In this document: positions 28,130 to 39,186 of the stretch, piece after piece
Layout of the letters: every line of letters begins with the position of its first letter
How positions within the stretch are numbered: the first letter of the stretch is position 1
Assembly (NCBI GenBank): GCA_016196035.1
Contig: JACPYM010000070.1
Span: 3,334-67,333, forward strand
Length of the DNA: 64,000 nt
Direction of reading: 5' to 3'
From: Acidobacteriota bacterium
GTDB lineage: Bacteria > Acidobacteriota > Blastocatellia > RBC074
The notes under the pieces: generated by a model
What the model was told of the DNA's origin: nothing
The model's database searches: none
Seen by the model: only the letters and a program-made list of their open reading frames with translations
Made by a program: the position numbers and the translations under genes

Positions 28130-29142
28130 TGGTTTGCTTTTGCCAAGTCAAGCATCGTACTCAAACGATCACAATACGTATGCCGACCCGTTGTAATTAA
28201 ACGGTGCGCAACACGCGCCATTCGCTCGCGTTCGGGCTGATGCTCTAACAGCCAGCGCGCTTTTTGTAACATCTCAGGGATCGTCAAAAAATACAGCGTT
28301 GCCTGACCCTCTTCACCAAAAATCTCGCGGTGCTCAGCCGTGTCTTCCGCCAACATACAAGTTCCGATAGCCGGAATTTCAAAACTGCGCATCACGTGGC
28401 CATCGCGATTGGCGCGCCTGACCAAACAAAGCGCAATTTTTGCTGCGGCTGTCGCTCGCCGTATTTCTCCTGGCCCAGCCTGCCCTAACGTCAATTGCCG
28501 GGTTTCCTTGAAACGTTCCCAATAACTGCCGTAAAGCGCAATGCGGATCCCAGTTTGTTGTAGAGCCGCAATATAGGGCACGCGGTCGCTATCCGCTCCG
28601 CCTACAAATATCAACTCTACCGCCTGTTCTTCCTTGTGCGCCTCGGCGGCAGCATAAAAATAGTCCGGGTCGTAGCCAAAAGGCAGATAAGCTACGTTCT
28701 TACAACCAAGCATAAACAGGTCGTTGATATTTGAGCGGCGTGGCGTAAACACCACATCGTAAGACAGCAAGGTTTTCATAAACCACGGTGCATAATGCTC
28801 CTTATTCCAAGGGTCGTCAGTTAGGAAGTTAAATCGTATAACGCCAAGGCTGCCGATTTTATTGAGCGCCTCAGCATTTACTGGAGACAAACCCGTAGTA
28901 ATCAAATAACGAGGCGGCGAACTTACACATACCGCCAAGACCGTCTGGCTGAATTCAAATAATCGTGTCGGTCTCCTCTCGCAAAAATACCAGTTCAGCT
29001 TGCGCAACCAACGTGGGGCTTGATAAGCCTGTCCATGATCGAGAAATTGGTGCGAGTGATCTAGTTGGCTAGCAGCTTTTGACAAGCTCTCGCCAACATT
29101 TGTACCGCCTTTGCCACCGATCAGCAGAAGCTCGCAATTCAA
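28114..29142 (-). CDS. CgeB-like glycosyltransferase (Glyco_trans_1_2)
   Basis: TDDPW, YLPFGYDP, FVG and MRSFEIPAIG motifs. Confidence 0.85.
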   Translation of the reverse strand: MNCELLLIGGKGGTNVGESLSKAASQLDHSHQFLDHGQAYQAPRWLRKLNWYFCERRPTRLFEFSQTVLAVCVSSPPRYLITTGLSPVNAEALNKIGSLGVIRFNFLTDDPWNKEHYAPWFMKTLLSYDVVFTPRRSNINDLFMLGCKNVAYLPFGYDPDYFYAAAEAHKEEQAVELIFVGGADSDRVPYIAALQQTGIRIALYGSYWERFKETRQLTLGQAGPGEIRRATAAAKIALCLVRRANRDGHVMRSFEIPAIGTCMLAEDTAEHREIFGEEGQATLYFLTIPEMLQKARWLLEHQPERERMARVAHRLITTGRHTYCDRLSTMLDLAKANQCDSR

Positions 29143-29203
29143 CTCGCAGCCTTTTCGCTCTCAAAATAAACTGAGGTCATGCTTGCCGAAAACCTCGCGC
29201 TTG

Positions 29204-30280
29204 TTACCTGGCAAAAGACTTTGCCAGTGAAAACAACCGCTCGCGGCAGCTTTCGAATAACGACACTGGCACCAACAAAGCCATGAGACTTGTCGCCCAA
29301 AATAAGAGCTTTAGCCAAACACGGTACGTCAGCGAAAAACCGATGGCGTGTAAATCGTGCGTTGCTTTGATACCCAGACATACGCCCAGCGCATATTTCC
29401 ACGACTGCACTCGCCGATATTCAACCAACCAGAAGGGATAGGTAAAGCAATAAAGCTGCTGGAATACTTTTTCCAGAACGCTATTGCGCGTGTTACGAGT
29501 GAGCGCAGGTGCTATCGCATCGGAAATCAGCGGCCCAATATAGGCCAGCGGCAGCACACGCGTTTCGATAGGGCATGGCGACAAACGCGCACGTTTAGCG
29601 TAGCTATCAACCGACTCGCCAGGAATTTGTATATCCTTCCTGACCGTGGAAAGCTCTGTGAGTAACAGCGGTTTGCCAGTCGCTACGATGCGCGCCATTA
29701 AATACATCTGGTACATTTCCGAGCCGTCCCACTTATCGGTCACCAGTTTCTGGGCTTCGGCGCGGTCCAGTAACACACCGCCAACAAACGAGACATTGCG
29801 AAAGTGCGCTGCCGCAACGCGCGGGCCGGTGCCGGCAACGCCAGTCATTCTGACACGGCGCGTTACCGTTCCTGTGCGCCAGTCTTCAAAATTCGTAATC
29901 ATCGCACCTGGCGAGCCATATTTTTTTATACAATCAAACAATTGCTGCAAGGTTTCAAGCCCAGCCAATGCGTCATCGTTGCCGTGCAGAATGCAGTACT
30001 GCCCCTGAGCTAACGCGATGCTGGCGCGTAAATTGGTGTCGTAACGCAAATTGTTTTCATGACGCTGGTAAGCAAAAGATAGCTGCGACACTTTTAGGTA
30101 ATTCAATAACTCATTTTCCCGGCCATCCGTTGAACCACCATCTGAAATACAGACTTCGAATTCTCGAAAGGTTTGTACGTCCAGGGATTTGCAAGCCTCA
30201 ATCAGAAACGAAGTCCGGTTGTATTGAGGAATACAGACCGAGAAAATGGGCGTTTCATTCAAACGGCGAATAACAGTCAT
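29204..30280 (-). CDS. Glycosyltransferase family 2
   Basis: SVCIPQYNR, SDGGSTD and GNDD motifs; ATG 30280 avoids overlap with the upstream gene. Confidence 0.88.
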   Translation of the reverse strand: MTVIRRLNETPIFSVCIPQYNRTSFLIEACKSLDVQTFREFEVCISDGGSTDGRENELLNYLKVSQLSFAYQRHENNLRYDTNLRASIALAQGQYCILHGNDDALAGLETLQQLFDCIKKYGSPGAMITNFEDWRTGTVTRRVRMTGVAGTGPRVAAAHFRNVSFVGGVLLDRAEAQKLVTDKWDGSEMYQMYLMARIVATGKPLLLTELSTVRKDIQIPGESVDSYAKRARLSPCPIETRVLPLAYIGPLISDAIAPALTRNTRNSVLEKVFQQLYCFTYPFWLVEYRRVQSWKYALGVCLGIKATHDLHAIGFSLTYRVWLKLLFWATSLMALLVPVSLFESCRERLFSLAKSFAR

Positions 30281-30321
30281 AATGACTTGCCAATACTTAG
30301 GGGAAGCAGTATTGAATCGTT

Positions 30322-31242
30322 TTATTCCACCCCACGCGTCCTGCGGCCTCTCAATAAGCACTGCAATAGATTTCCCCTGATAAGAAACGTTGCCTGAATG
30401 CAAGATGCCAAGCGCCGTCCATCTAATTTCAAAACTGAACTTCCTGCTCTTTTTGTAATATACCAAATTCTCTTCAAATGAAATCTGGCAATCGCTTCCA
30501 GGGAGAGGCTCAGAGCATAATCACGAACAACCTCCAGACTCTCTTTAATGTCTCGATTAGTCCGAAATGAGTTTGAAGAAACATTATTATCGCTTTGCCG
30601 GTATAAAATCAGGGTCCGTGGAATGTATTCAATGTCCCATCCGCTCGACAGACACCGTAGAAGCCATTCCCAATCACCCATTTGTGGCATGTTCGCTTTG
30701 AATCCGCCAATCGCCTCGAATGCACGCCTTCTTATTGCGCAGCCTGAGATATGCCACCAACAACCTCGCTCAATGGTATCTTTGACCGAATCTTCTGTTC
30801 CCTTGATAATTTCTATCTCGCGCCACGGGTTATCTTCTCCGTAATCAATACGCCCATCGGGGTGGAAATTATCCCAACTTGAGCAAATCGAAGCTACATT
30901 ATCACCGCAACTTTGCATGCGTTCAAACATCATTGGCAGCCAATTAGGCTTCGCAATATCATCCGAATGGAGCAATAGAATCCAATCTATTTCGGCTGGC
31001 AAATTAACGATCGCATTATTCACATTACCCCTTTCACCTTGATTCTTTTCACTGTGCATTATTCGAAAAGGAGTGTTACCCATCCAAACTTGATTAGCCA
31101 ACGCCATTGTCCCATCTGTTGAAGCATCGTCAGCAAGACAAACTAAGCTCAGTTTGTCACAGCCACCACGCTGCACAGAATTAAGCGTTTCGCTCAAAGT
31201 CAATGCGCTATTATAAGTTGGAATAATAAGTGCTGTTTTCAA
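30322..31242 (-). CDS. Glycosyltransferase family 2
   Basis: IIPTYN, DDASTD, HSDD and DWEWLLR motifs; TTG start. Confidence 0.9.
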   Translation of the reverse strand: MKTALIIPTYNSALTLSETLNSVQRGGCDKLSLVCLADDASTDGTMALANQVWMGNTPFRIMHSEKNQGERGNVNNAIVNLPAEIDWILLLHSDDIAKPNWLPMMFERMQSCGDNVASICSSWDNFHPDGRIDYGEDNPWREIEIIKGTEDSVKDTIERGCWWHISGCAIRRRAFEAIGGFKANMPQMGDWEWLLRCLSSGWDIEYIPRTLILYRQSDNNVSSNSFRTNRDIKESLEVVRDYALSLSLEAIARFHLKRIWYITKRAGSSVLKLDGRRLASCIQATFLIRGNLLQCLLRGRRTRGVE

Positions 31243-31268
31243 ACTAGGCGATGTACAGAAAAGGCTAA

Positions 31269-32153
31269 TTACATCTCATTGAAATCAATTCGCTTAGCCA
31301 CAGTCATATCCCCAACCGTAGAAAATGTAAAATCACCGAACTCAAGGGCGCTATAGAAGACTCGCTCACAAGTCTCATCATGCAATTCAATAACAAAGGA
31401 TTTAACGTTTTTTATCCAACCCTGGTAGTTTGAGGAAAACACAATCGCCTCAGATCGCTCAATATCCAGTTTAAGTATATCAAGCGGCTTACCTTTCCAA
31501 TTCGCATTTTCCAGTATCACTCCTATATCAACCGCTCTTACATCGGGAGCCTCTCCATTGCGACACTCACGCACTTGAGTGCTCCATTCTTTTCCATCCT
31601 TGTAGGAGCCACGACATACTATAAGTCCTGTCTCATGAGACCAAATACCTGCATTAATTAGAGTAACTCGATCTTTGTATGCGGCAAGGTTACGCTCCAG
31701 AATTGCAAAATTACCGCTGTCCGGCTCGACTGCAATAACATGTGCTAACGGAAATCGAGATAAAAAATACGCTGACGAATATCCTACATTGGCGCCTCCA
31801 TCAATTATCAACCGTGGCTGAGCCTGATCACTAATACATGAGTATTCTTCGTGAATAAATATGTGCTTAAAGACCTCTCTATCACTCGAATCGAAGCGGC
31901 AGAATAACGGGTAATCACACAACTTGGTATAAAGCCGGTAAACCGCTCGCGGTTTATACCCTAATGAGGCAATGATCTGCCAAAACCTTTCTTTTAGTAA
32001 GAAAGCGAGAGCGCCCCAAATACCGAGTCTACTGGCTCTTGCTTGATAATCACATAATCGGGAGCTAACTTTAACAAGCCCGCCTTCTCTCCAAACGGCT
32101 AAGACTCTTTGATAGAGTGGCCAGGTATGTCGCCCTTTTGACTCCATAATCAA
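31269..32153 (-). CDS. FkbM-family methyltransferase
   Basis: IDGGANVG, AVEPD, LKLDIE and IELHD motifs. Confidence 0.9.
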   Translation of the reverse strand: MIMESKGRHTWPLYQRVLAVWREGGLVKVSSRLCDYQARASRLGIWGALAFLLKERFWQIIASLGYKPRAVYRLYTKLCDYPLFCRFDSSDREVFKHIFIHEEYSCISDQAQPRLIIDGGANVGYSSAYFLSRFPLAHVIAVEPDSGNFAILERNLAAYKDRVTLINAGIWSHETGLIVCRGSYKDGKEWSTQVRECRNGEAPDVRAVDIGVILENANWKGKPLDILKLDIERSEAIVFSSNYQGWIKNVKSFVIELHDETCERVFYSALEFGDFTFSTVGDMTVAKRIDFNEM

Positions 32154-32180
32154 CTCTACATTTACTCGAACGGTGATGTT

Positions 32181-33308
32181 TTAAGTCAATTCTTGAATTA
32201 CTGGTACAAACTGCTTCTCATAGCCCCACTCCACCATAATCCGTTGCCGTCCGCATTCCCCCATTGCACGCATCTCTGCCGGATTTTCGCAGAACCAGCG
32301 TAGCGTTGCAGCAATGGAAGCCGCGTTCGTTGGATCGCACGCCAAGCCGTAGCCATTCGCCACAAACATCTCACGCCAGTCAGGCAGTTCGCTCACGATT
32401 AACGCCAAGCCACTAGCCAAGTAATCGAATGGTTTGTTGGAGGCCCCCGTCATAGCTTGCAGATTCAAATCGTTGCTGCCAGAGGGCATAAAAGCCAACC
32501 CAATGTCGCACTGCCGGCACAGCGTCAATAATTTGTACCGAGGTATGGCGTCAACGAATTCAACACGTGCCGCAATACCCAAGCGTACAACCAACTCTTT
32601 TAACTCATTTACATAACCTAAATGCCCGACCGTTTCATACCCTACTACACGTAACTTTACGGTATCCGGCAATTGCGCTAGCGCCTCAATCACAGTTGGC
32701 GGTAAGCGATCAGGCACAATCGAGCCGTGATAAAGCACCCAAAAATCACCTTGGTGCGGCGAGCGAGGCGGAGCAATTTCTTCCTGGCGCGGGCAGTTCC
32801 AAACGCACAATAAGTTGCTGTTGGTCTGGGTTGCTTCCCTGAATTTTTCCAGCCGTCTTTGATTCGGTAGGATGCAAAGACGTGCGCGACCAGCCAGACG
32901 GCGCCTGACATCCATGCAGAGGTGTAGGAAAAAGCTTTCTTGCGTTGTTACAGGCGAATCGTGTTCGTGATAAACCACACTGAGGCCGGGCAGGAAACTC
33001 AATACTAGCGCTACCGGCGTGGACAAATGATCCGAAGCGTAAATCCATTGCGGGCGCCAGCGTATTACCCAGAGTAACACCCAACAAGCGAAACATAGGT
33101 AATGTAATTTTTGCCGCCAGCCCGCCGGACTGAACGACATCTGGCGAACCTGGATTCGTTCGTGCGGGGGGAAGCGCAATTCATTTGCGCCCAGAGACCC
33201 GGTTCCTAAAAACAAAACCTGCCAGCCATCATTGGCCAAAATTCTTGAGCTATGTTCGAGCGGTGGATAACCTGCCGGGTTGGTGTATTGCAGATACAAG
33301 ATTTTCAC
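32181..33308 (-). CDS. Glycosyltransferase family 4
   Basis: YTNPAGYPP, YHGSI and SNKPFDYLASG motifs. Confidence 0.88.
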   Translation of the reverse strand: MKILYLQYTNPAGYPPLEHSSRILANDGWQVLFLGTGSLGANELRFPPHERIQVRQMSFSPAGWRQKLHYLCFACWVLLWVIRWRPQWIYASDHLSTPVALVLSFLPGLSVVYHEHDSPVTTQESFFLHLCMDVRRRLAGRARLCILPNQRRLEKFREATQTNSNLLCVWNCPRQEEIAPPRSPHQGDFWVLYHGSIVPDRLPPTVIEALAQLPDTVKLRVVGYETVGHLGYVNELKELVVRLGIAARVEFVDAIPRYKLLTLCRQCDIGLAFMPSGSNDLNLQAMTGASNKPFDYLASGLALIVSELPDWREMFVANGYGLACDPTNAASIAATLRWFCENPAEMRAMGECGRQRIMVEWGYEKQFVPVIQELT

Positions 33309-33378
33309 ATCAACCTCAATATCGTGATTCTTAGCAAGTGACTTTGCGTCTCGACTCAGCGGTAATCAACCAAGCAAC

Positions 33379-34191
33379 TCACTGACAACTCACTTCTAAA
33401 TGACCGAGCATCTGCAATTCTGATTCACGCCCTGCTAAATGATAGACGTGTTGTCCGTTTAGCATAGATAAACAATAGCCTGCTTGTCTGATTTGTTTAT
33501 CAATGTGTGAACATGCTTCTTGGCCGATGATGGTTGGATGATATTCGAGCGCAATATATTCAATAACTTGCCGTTGCAGCGTCTGTTGTGCGCCCTCAAC
33601 AATTTGCAGTTCCGCGCCTTCACAATCCATTTTCAATAGCCGCACCTTGTTAATCTTGTGCTGCTGAAAAAGATCATCGAGCGTCTGCATGGCCACCGTT
33701 TCTCGCTTTGAACCTAGCTTCCAATGACGTGAAAGGCTACTGGCACCCGTATTCGTTGATGGGCGCAAGAAAAGCTGTGCTTCACCTTTGCGCGAGCCAA
33801 GTGCTATTGGATGGACAGAAATGTTTGTCACAGCATTGAGTTCAATATTCTTCTTGAGCACATGCTGTAATCGGGTTTGCGGCTCGATGCAAAAGACTTT
33901 GCCAGCTCCAACCAAAGTGGCAGCGAGTATCGAGAAATATCCCTCGTTCCCGCCTATATCAAAAAAATTATCACCAGGCCGTAACAAGCCCGTTAGCAGA
34001 TTAGTCATTTGCTGTTCGTATACAGATTTCGCTAGAAGCTCATTGCCAAAGACTGAAACGGGGTCGGCCCAATAAATATGACCCAAATTCGTTTTGATGG
34101 GGATACGTCGAATCATCAATAATGTTTTGAGGAATGCCCCAAGCTGAGCAGGGCGAACACGCAGTAAGAGGTTATAGAGAGATAATTTCAT
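33379..34191 (-). CDS. FkbM-family methyltransferase
   Basis: FDIGGNEG, IEPQ, LKMDCEGAE and LEYHP motifs. Confidence 0.9.
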   Translation of the reverse strand: MKLSLYNLLLRVRPAQLGAFLKTLLMIRRIPIKTNLGHIYWADPVSVFGNELLAKSVYEQQMTNLLTGLLRPGDNFFDIGGNEGYFSILAATLVGAGKVFCIEPQTRLQHVLKKNIELNAVTNISVHPIALGSRKGEAQLFLRPSTNTGASSLSRHWKLGSKRETVAMQTLDDLFQQHKINKVRLLKMDCEGAELQIVEGAQQTLQRQVIEYIALEYHPTIIGQEACSHIDKQIRQAGYCLSMLNGQHVYHLAGRESELQMLGHLEVSCQ

Positions 34192-34269
34192 ATGTTGATT
34201 ATCTTTGTGTTGCCGGCTACCGCACTAAATACCGATGAATACTCAGTACCTCAGAACAATTCATTTGCT

Positions 34270-35085
34270 TTAGTTGCTATAAGTAGCTTTGGCAATAACT
34301 TCACCATACCAATCAATAAAGCTGACCTTTTCTCCGTTAATCTTCTCGACATCGTATCCGTGTTCAGCCAATACACCCAGTAGCGAATCGCTTGTCGTCC
34401 CTGCTTCTGACCAGGCATACGGGTGAACTTCAATGTAAATTACCCGTGGCCTGCGTTGTGCGTCGCTCAGCAATCCAGCGGCACCCCGCAGAACGTGTTC
34501 TTCGTAGCCTTCAACGTCAATTTTCAACACGTCCAGGCGCTGCTTTGGGAAAAGGCCGTCGAGCGTGACGCAAGTTACTGAAGAAGTGGTGGAGGTGGCG
34601 CTTTCGGTCACGTGTCCCGTGATCCCCTGGGCATCAAAATAGACCATCCCGTCAATGGCCCCGGCAGCAGCCTTAACGCACTGCACTCGATTGTCCAAAT
34701 GGTTCAAGGAAACATGCTTTTGCAAAGCCAAGTGATTTATTGGGTCCGGCTCAAACGCCGTTACTTGTCCACGTGCCCCAACACGTTGGGCGATAGCGAT
34801 TGTGTAAAGACCGATAAATGCCCCAACATCCGCCACACGATCACCAGGCTTGATTTCACTCATTAACCGTTGCCAAACATCTGGCTCGTATACCTCACCC
34901 ATTTGCCGAAAGCGCGGTAAAATGAGAATCCGATCCGATTCGTTAATTATCCTTTGCAGCCCATTCTTATTTGTTAGTGACACTGCCCAGTCATAAAGAG
35001 GGCGCACTCCATCCCAAAGCCAGTGCGCCCGCTCGAAAAGCTTGTGGTGGCGCACTGAGAGAAGGATTTTTTCAGCTACGTGCAT
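34270..35085 (-). CDS. FkbM-family methyltransferase
   Basis: DVGAFIG, AFEPD, LKIDVEGYE and IEVHP motifs. Confidence 0.9.
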   Translation of the reverse strand: MHVAEKILLSVRHHKLFERAHWLWDGVRPLYDWAVSLTNKNGLQRIINESDRILILPRFRQMGEVYEPDVWQRLMSEIKPGDRVADVGAFIGLYTIAIAQRVGARGQVTAFEPDPINHLALQKHVSLNHLDNRVQCVKAAAGAIDGMVYFDAQGITGHVTESATSTTSSVTCVTLDGLFPKQRLDVLKIDVEGYEEHVLRGAAGLLSDAQRRPRVIYIEVHPYAWSEAGTTSDSLLGVLAEHGYDVEKINGEKVSFIDWYGEVIAKATYSN

Positions 35086-36455
35086 AAATGAACTTGGTCT
35101 GCCTGCTTATTTTCATCTGCTGATAATCTGCAAGGTATCTGCAAAGGTACAAGTCGCTGATATAAAAGTAACATCTCTTGCGCCACTGCCTTGGTCAACC
35201 GTGGCGGTCGAATCCCTTGCCGAAGCGCAGCTAACAAATCAGGTTGTTCGTAACATTGTTGCAATAAAGTGGCCCAGGAGTTGACTGAATCTGCTTCGGC
35301 CAACAACCCATTTATACCATGCGTTACCAACTCCTCGATCCCACCCAAACGCGAACCAAGCACAGGCGTACCTGCCGCAAAAGCCTCAAGCACAACCAAT
35401 GGGCCAGTCTCTAACACACGTGAGGGCACAGCAAGCAGGTGATACTCACTTAAAAGCGTAACCACATGCTGACTCGGTACCGCAGGAAGAAAGCGAATCC
35501 GGGCATCACCGGCAGCGAGTTGGCGCAACTGCTCGGCATAATGGTCTGCGCCTGTTTGCAGAATTCCATAAAGATCAAGCTCAAGCTCCAAGCCTGGCAA
35601 AGATCGCACGGCCTGGATCAGCAAATCCACGCCTTTTGTATGATCGAACCTGCCTAAAAAAACGATGCGTAAGGGATGTGCAGGAAGATTCTTATTAAGA
35701 GCAGGGAGAGATTCGTTGTTGGACAAGCCATGACGCGAGACAGCGATTTTTTCAGCAGGCACACCATTGCGCAATAACAAATCTTTTGTCCATTGGCATA
35801 AGGCAATGACTTGGTTTACTTCGCGCATCAGCGAGTGAAAGCAGGAGTGCCGCAATTGTACTAAGCCTGGCATCCGCAGGGCAGTCCAGATTCCGCCTGA
35901 CAACCCTGTGGCCCCGACCAAATTACCCAGCGCGCGCGGCAGATAACTCAAGGCTTGCGCAGTGTTACGCCCCAAGCCATGCGCGTGCAAAGTGCAAGCC
36001 GTGCATGTACGCACGCTTAATTTGCCATCACAGACTTCATTACCCCAGCGCAGCAACGTTCCGCGCTGACAGGAAACCGTAGGCGTATGATAGGTGAACG
36101 CCACTTTGATGTTACGCAGCTTGGCGGCACGCACGAGACGTAACGAAACACCACGTGTGAAGGCGTGCAAATGAACGATGTCTGGCTGTTCCTGATCAAG
36201 AATCTCGGCAAAGGACTGCGCCGCCCGTTCATCGCCCTCGCCATACATCTCACGCAAGTCTTTTACGTAACTGGTTACCGCAAAGCGGCGCACCGGCAAA
36301 CCAGCAATTTCGTATGCCTCGCTCTTTTCACCTGGCGCGGCAACGAGCGATGGCGCACCAAGTTGGACAAGCTCGCGCGCCAGAGACTCAACATAGATTT
36401 CTGTGCCGCCCACTTGGTCAGGGTAAAAACAAAATGGGACGTGAATGATTTTCAA
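35076..36455 (-). CDS. Glycosyltransferase family 4
   Basis: GGTEIY, FLGRFDHTKG and ETGPLVVLEA motifs; TTG start. Confidence 0.9.
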   Translation of the reverse strand: MKIIHVPFCFYPDQVGGTEIYVESLARELVQLGAPSLVAAPGEKSEAYEIAGLPVRRFAVTSYVKDLREMYGEGDERAAQSFAEILDQEQPDIVHLHAFTRGVSLRLVRAAKLRNIKVAFTYHTPTVSCQRGTLLRWGNEVCDGKLSVRTCTACTLHAHGLGRNTAQALSYLPRALGNLVGATGLSGGIWTALRMPGLVQLRHSCFHSLMREVNQVIALCQWTKDLLLRNGVPAEKIAVSRHGLSNNESLPALNKNLPAHPLRIVFLGRFDHTKGVDLLIQAVRSLPGLELELDLYGILQTGADHYAEQLRQLAAGDARIRFLPAVPSQHVVTLLSEYHLLAVPSRVLETGPLVVLEAFAAGTPVLGSRLGGIEELVTHGINGLLAEADSVNSWATLLQQCYEQPDLLAALRQGIRPPRLTKAVAQEMLLLYQRLVPLQIPCRLSADENKQADQVHLCT

Positions 36456-36458
36456 AAA

Positions 36459-37460
36459 TTACAGCCAGTTGCTCATTAATGGCGTCAGCACAGTTTTGAT
36501 ATGCATTTTGATGGATTCGTATAGACGACGACCAATGATTGTTCCCAAAAATTGCCGCAAAATTGGCGGCCGCATTGCGTAAGCGGGTCTATATTGCAAC
36601 GCGTGCCAAAAACAGCGGCGGGCATCTGCGTCATATTGGCAGCCAAAATACTTCGTTGCCATGTCGAGATATTGCGAGCCATAGATTCGCCGTCTGGCCT
36701 GCTGCTTTTTGCTTTCGAGTGGCAAAAATTTTTCAGGCGTGCCGTATATGTGATCGAGTAACCAGAAAATTGAAGGTTCTTCGCTTTTATTAACGACTAC
36801 TTTATGGTGATGGTTTTGGCTGTGTACCCGGTAATCGGCCAGCACTTGATCAATGTAATAAAAGTCGTACTCACGCGCCATTTTCAAGGTGAAGTACCAG
36901 TCGTTAAAGGCCAGCCATTCGGGAGCGGGCAACGCGTTTAACCAGGCTTCGGCACGCGCCATTACTGTGGGCGCGCAAATAAAATTCTTTTCCAGCAGCG
37001 TAATTAACTCATTGCCTTTGACATCCTTGCCGCCGTGAATTTGATCACATCGTTCAATCGTTATAACACCTTCACCGTTTATGACAGCGGCATCACCATA
37101 AACCATCCCAACCTCGGGGAACTGGGCGAATTTCGGCATAACCAGCGAGAGATAATTCAGGCGATAACGATCATCGGGGTCTATGCGCGCGATAAACTCT
37201 CCGCGCGCCTCAGCCAGTCCTTTATTGATTGTTTTGGCGTGGCCGAGGTTGACTTCATTGGCCAGGAAGCGAATACGCTGATCAGTGTATGAGCGAACAA
37301 CTTCGATGGTGTTATCGGTCGAAGCGTCATCAATAACGATGATTTCATAATCGAAATTACCTTCCTGCTTAAGAATACTATTCAGGCAATCAGGCAAATA
37401 ACGCGCGTAATTATAACAGGGAACAACAAAGCTGATTTGCGGTGAGTTATTCACAGGCAT
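36459..37460 (-). CDS. Glycosyltransferase family 2
   Basis: VVPCYN, DDASTD, DPDD and YRVH motifs; start ATG 37460 or 37493. Confidence 0.9.
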   Translation of the reverse strand: MPVNNSPQISFVVPCYNYARYLPDCLNSILKQEGNFDYEIIVIDDASTDNTIEVVRSYTDQRIRFLANEVNLGHAKTINKGLAEARGEFIARIDPDDRYRLNYLSLVMPKFAQFPEVGMVYGDAAVINGEGVITIERCDQIHGGKDVKGNELITLLEKNFICAPTVMARAEAWLNALPAPEWLAFNDWYFTLKMAREYDFYYIDQVLADYRVHSQNHHHKVVVNKSEEPSIFWLLDHIYGTPEKFLPLESKKQQARRRIYGSQYLDMATKYFGCQYDADARRCFWHALQYRPAYAMRPPILRQFLGTIIGRRLYESIKMHIKTVLTPLMSNWL

Positions 37461-38097
37461 GACGTTTAACGATGCGTGCGGGGATTCCGACAACAGTCAC
37501 ATCTGGGGGAATGTCATCAATGACGACAGCGCCTGCACCCACGACAGAACGTTCACCAATACACCGTTTTTCAATCACGGTAACGGCTGCTCCAATAGAG
37601 CAGCCGTTACCCAACTGGACGCCTCCGCAGAGAGTAGCTCCGGGGTTGAGATTGCAGTAATCCCCGATCAGGCAATCGTGCGCAACACTAGCCTTCACAT
37701 TCAAAATGCTGTGGCGTCCGATCCGCGCCCGCGTGGTCACAAGACTGCCCGGGGCTAAAAGAGTACCTTCACCGATCTCTACACCCACGCCCACCCAGGC
37801 GGATGTATGATGTAAAGTCACGGCCTGCAAGCTGGGCAACGCCAGCTCTTCGATCTGGCAAACAATTTTCTGCCGCAGTGGATTGCTGCCCAAAGCCGTA
37901 ATGTACCCCACCCTCCCATACTTGCGAACCAACTCAGGCAAGGCATTTATTCCACCAAGTATGTGGGAGCAGTGCCAAGGCCCCGGAGGTTTTCCATCAT
38001 CCAGCACACCCAGTAGCTGGCAGCCGAGGTCAAGCGCATACGCCGCTACTTCCGCACCGTGGCCACCGGCGCCAATAATAACAAGAGGGAAATCCAT
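37447..38097 (-). CDS. NeuD/PglD-type sugar acetyltransferase
   Basis: IGAGGHG Rossmann-like start, hexapeptide repeats, HDC and VGIPAR motifs. Confidence 0.9.
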   Translation of the reverse strand: MDFPLVIIGAGGHGAEVAAYALDLGCQLLGVLDDGKPPGPWHCSHILGGINALPELVRKYGRVGYITALGSNPLRQKIVCQIEELALPSLQAVTLHHTSAWVGVGVEIGEGTLLAPGSLVTTRARIGRHSILNVKASVAHDCLIGDYCNLNPGATLCGGVQLGNGCSIGAAVTVIEKRCIGERSVVGAGAVVIDDIPPDVTVVGIPARIVKRHACE

Positions 38098-38103
38098 GCC
38101 TTT

Positions 38104-39144
38104 TTATTTGCGCGCCGTAGCCATCATTTCCAACATGCCGATGAGACTGCGATGGTCACGATTGCCCAGTTCGGATAGCTCTTTCATCCACTTGGCATTC
38201 CGATAATAGACTGACTCGGGGTCGGCAATGCGGCCCGTGACAATGGCCTCGATGATCTCCTCTGCCCCAGTCTGCACTTTCACGGTGGGCGCAATGCCTT
38301 CATCCTTCATGCGTGCAACAGAGACGTGATAATTGCGCAAATCCGGATTGTCGAGTTTCACAAACACGGGCCGGCAGGCCGGATTGATGCGCTGAAAAAT
38401 CTCCACCAAATCCACGACGCGAAAGTTCTCGTGCGCGATGTTACAAATGAGATGTTTGTGCGCCGGATTTTCTGCGAAATAGATGAATGCGCGGGCACAA
38501 TCCGCCACGTGCAAGAAAGGTCGCCATTGCTGTCCATCGCCAAACACGCGCACCTCGTTGTACAGCGCGGAGCAATAACTGAAGATGTTAATCACCAGAT
38601 CGAACCTCATGCGTGGCGAGTAACCGTACAGCGTGCCGTTGCGCAGAATGGCCGGACGCCACTTTTCATCAGCGATACTGAGTAGGAACTGATCCGAATC
38701 AACCTTCGATTTCGCATAAGCCGTCAGCGGATTCGTCTGCCCATCCTCATCCACTTCGCCGGGAGCCTCACCATAGACTGAGCAGGAAGATGAGAACACA
38801 AAACGGATGCCACGCTTCTTGCAGGCCAACGCCAGATCGCGAGTGGCCTCGAAATTGACCTCCTCGGTAAGCCTTGGGTTCAACTCCGCGCTCGGATCAT
38901 TCGAGATTGCCGCGAGATGAATGACCACCTCAATGTCCTTCAACAACAACTCTGTGGCTTTCGCGTCTGCCAGCAAGGTGCATATATCATCGCGTACAAC
39001 CTCTACGGCGGGGCGCATGGCACGGAGGTGCTCCATGCCAAAGTAGCCGATGTCCAACGAACGGACACTGTGCCCACGCACGAGTAGTTTGGGAATCAAA
39101 ACGGAGCCAAGATAGCCTGCGCCGCCGGTTACGAGGATATTCAT
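38104..39144 (-). CDS. NAD-dependent epimerase/dehydratase
   Basis: TGGAGYLGS, SSCSVYG, YAKSK and RFDLVIN motifs. Confidence 0.9.
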   Translation of the reverse strand: MNILVTGGAGYLGSVLIPKLLVRGHSVRSLDIGYFGMEHLRAMRPAVEVVRDDICTLLADAKATELLLKDIEVVIHLAAISNDPSAELNPRLTEEVNFEATRDLALACKKRGIRFVFSSSCSVYGEAPGEVDEDGQTNPLTAYAKSKVDSDQFLLSIADEKWRPAILRNGTLYGYSPRMRFDLVINIFSYCSALYNEVRVFGDGQQWRPFLHVADCARAFIYFAENPAHKHLICNIAHENFRVVDLVEIFQRINPACRPVFVKLDNPDLRNYHVSVARMKDEGIAPTVKVQTGAEEIIEAIVTGRIADPESVYYRNAKWMKELSELGNRDHRSLIGMLEMMATARK

Positions 39145-39186
39145 ACTGAAAGCTCAGGGTAACAGTAAAATGTAAGGCTGAGGTTT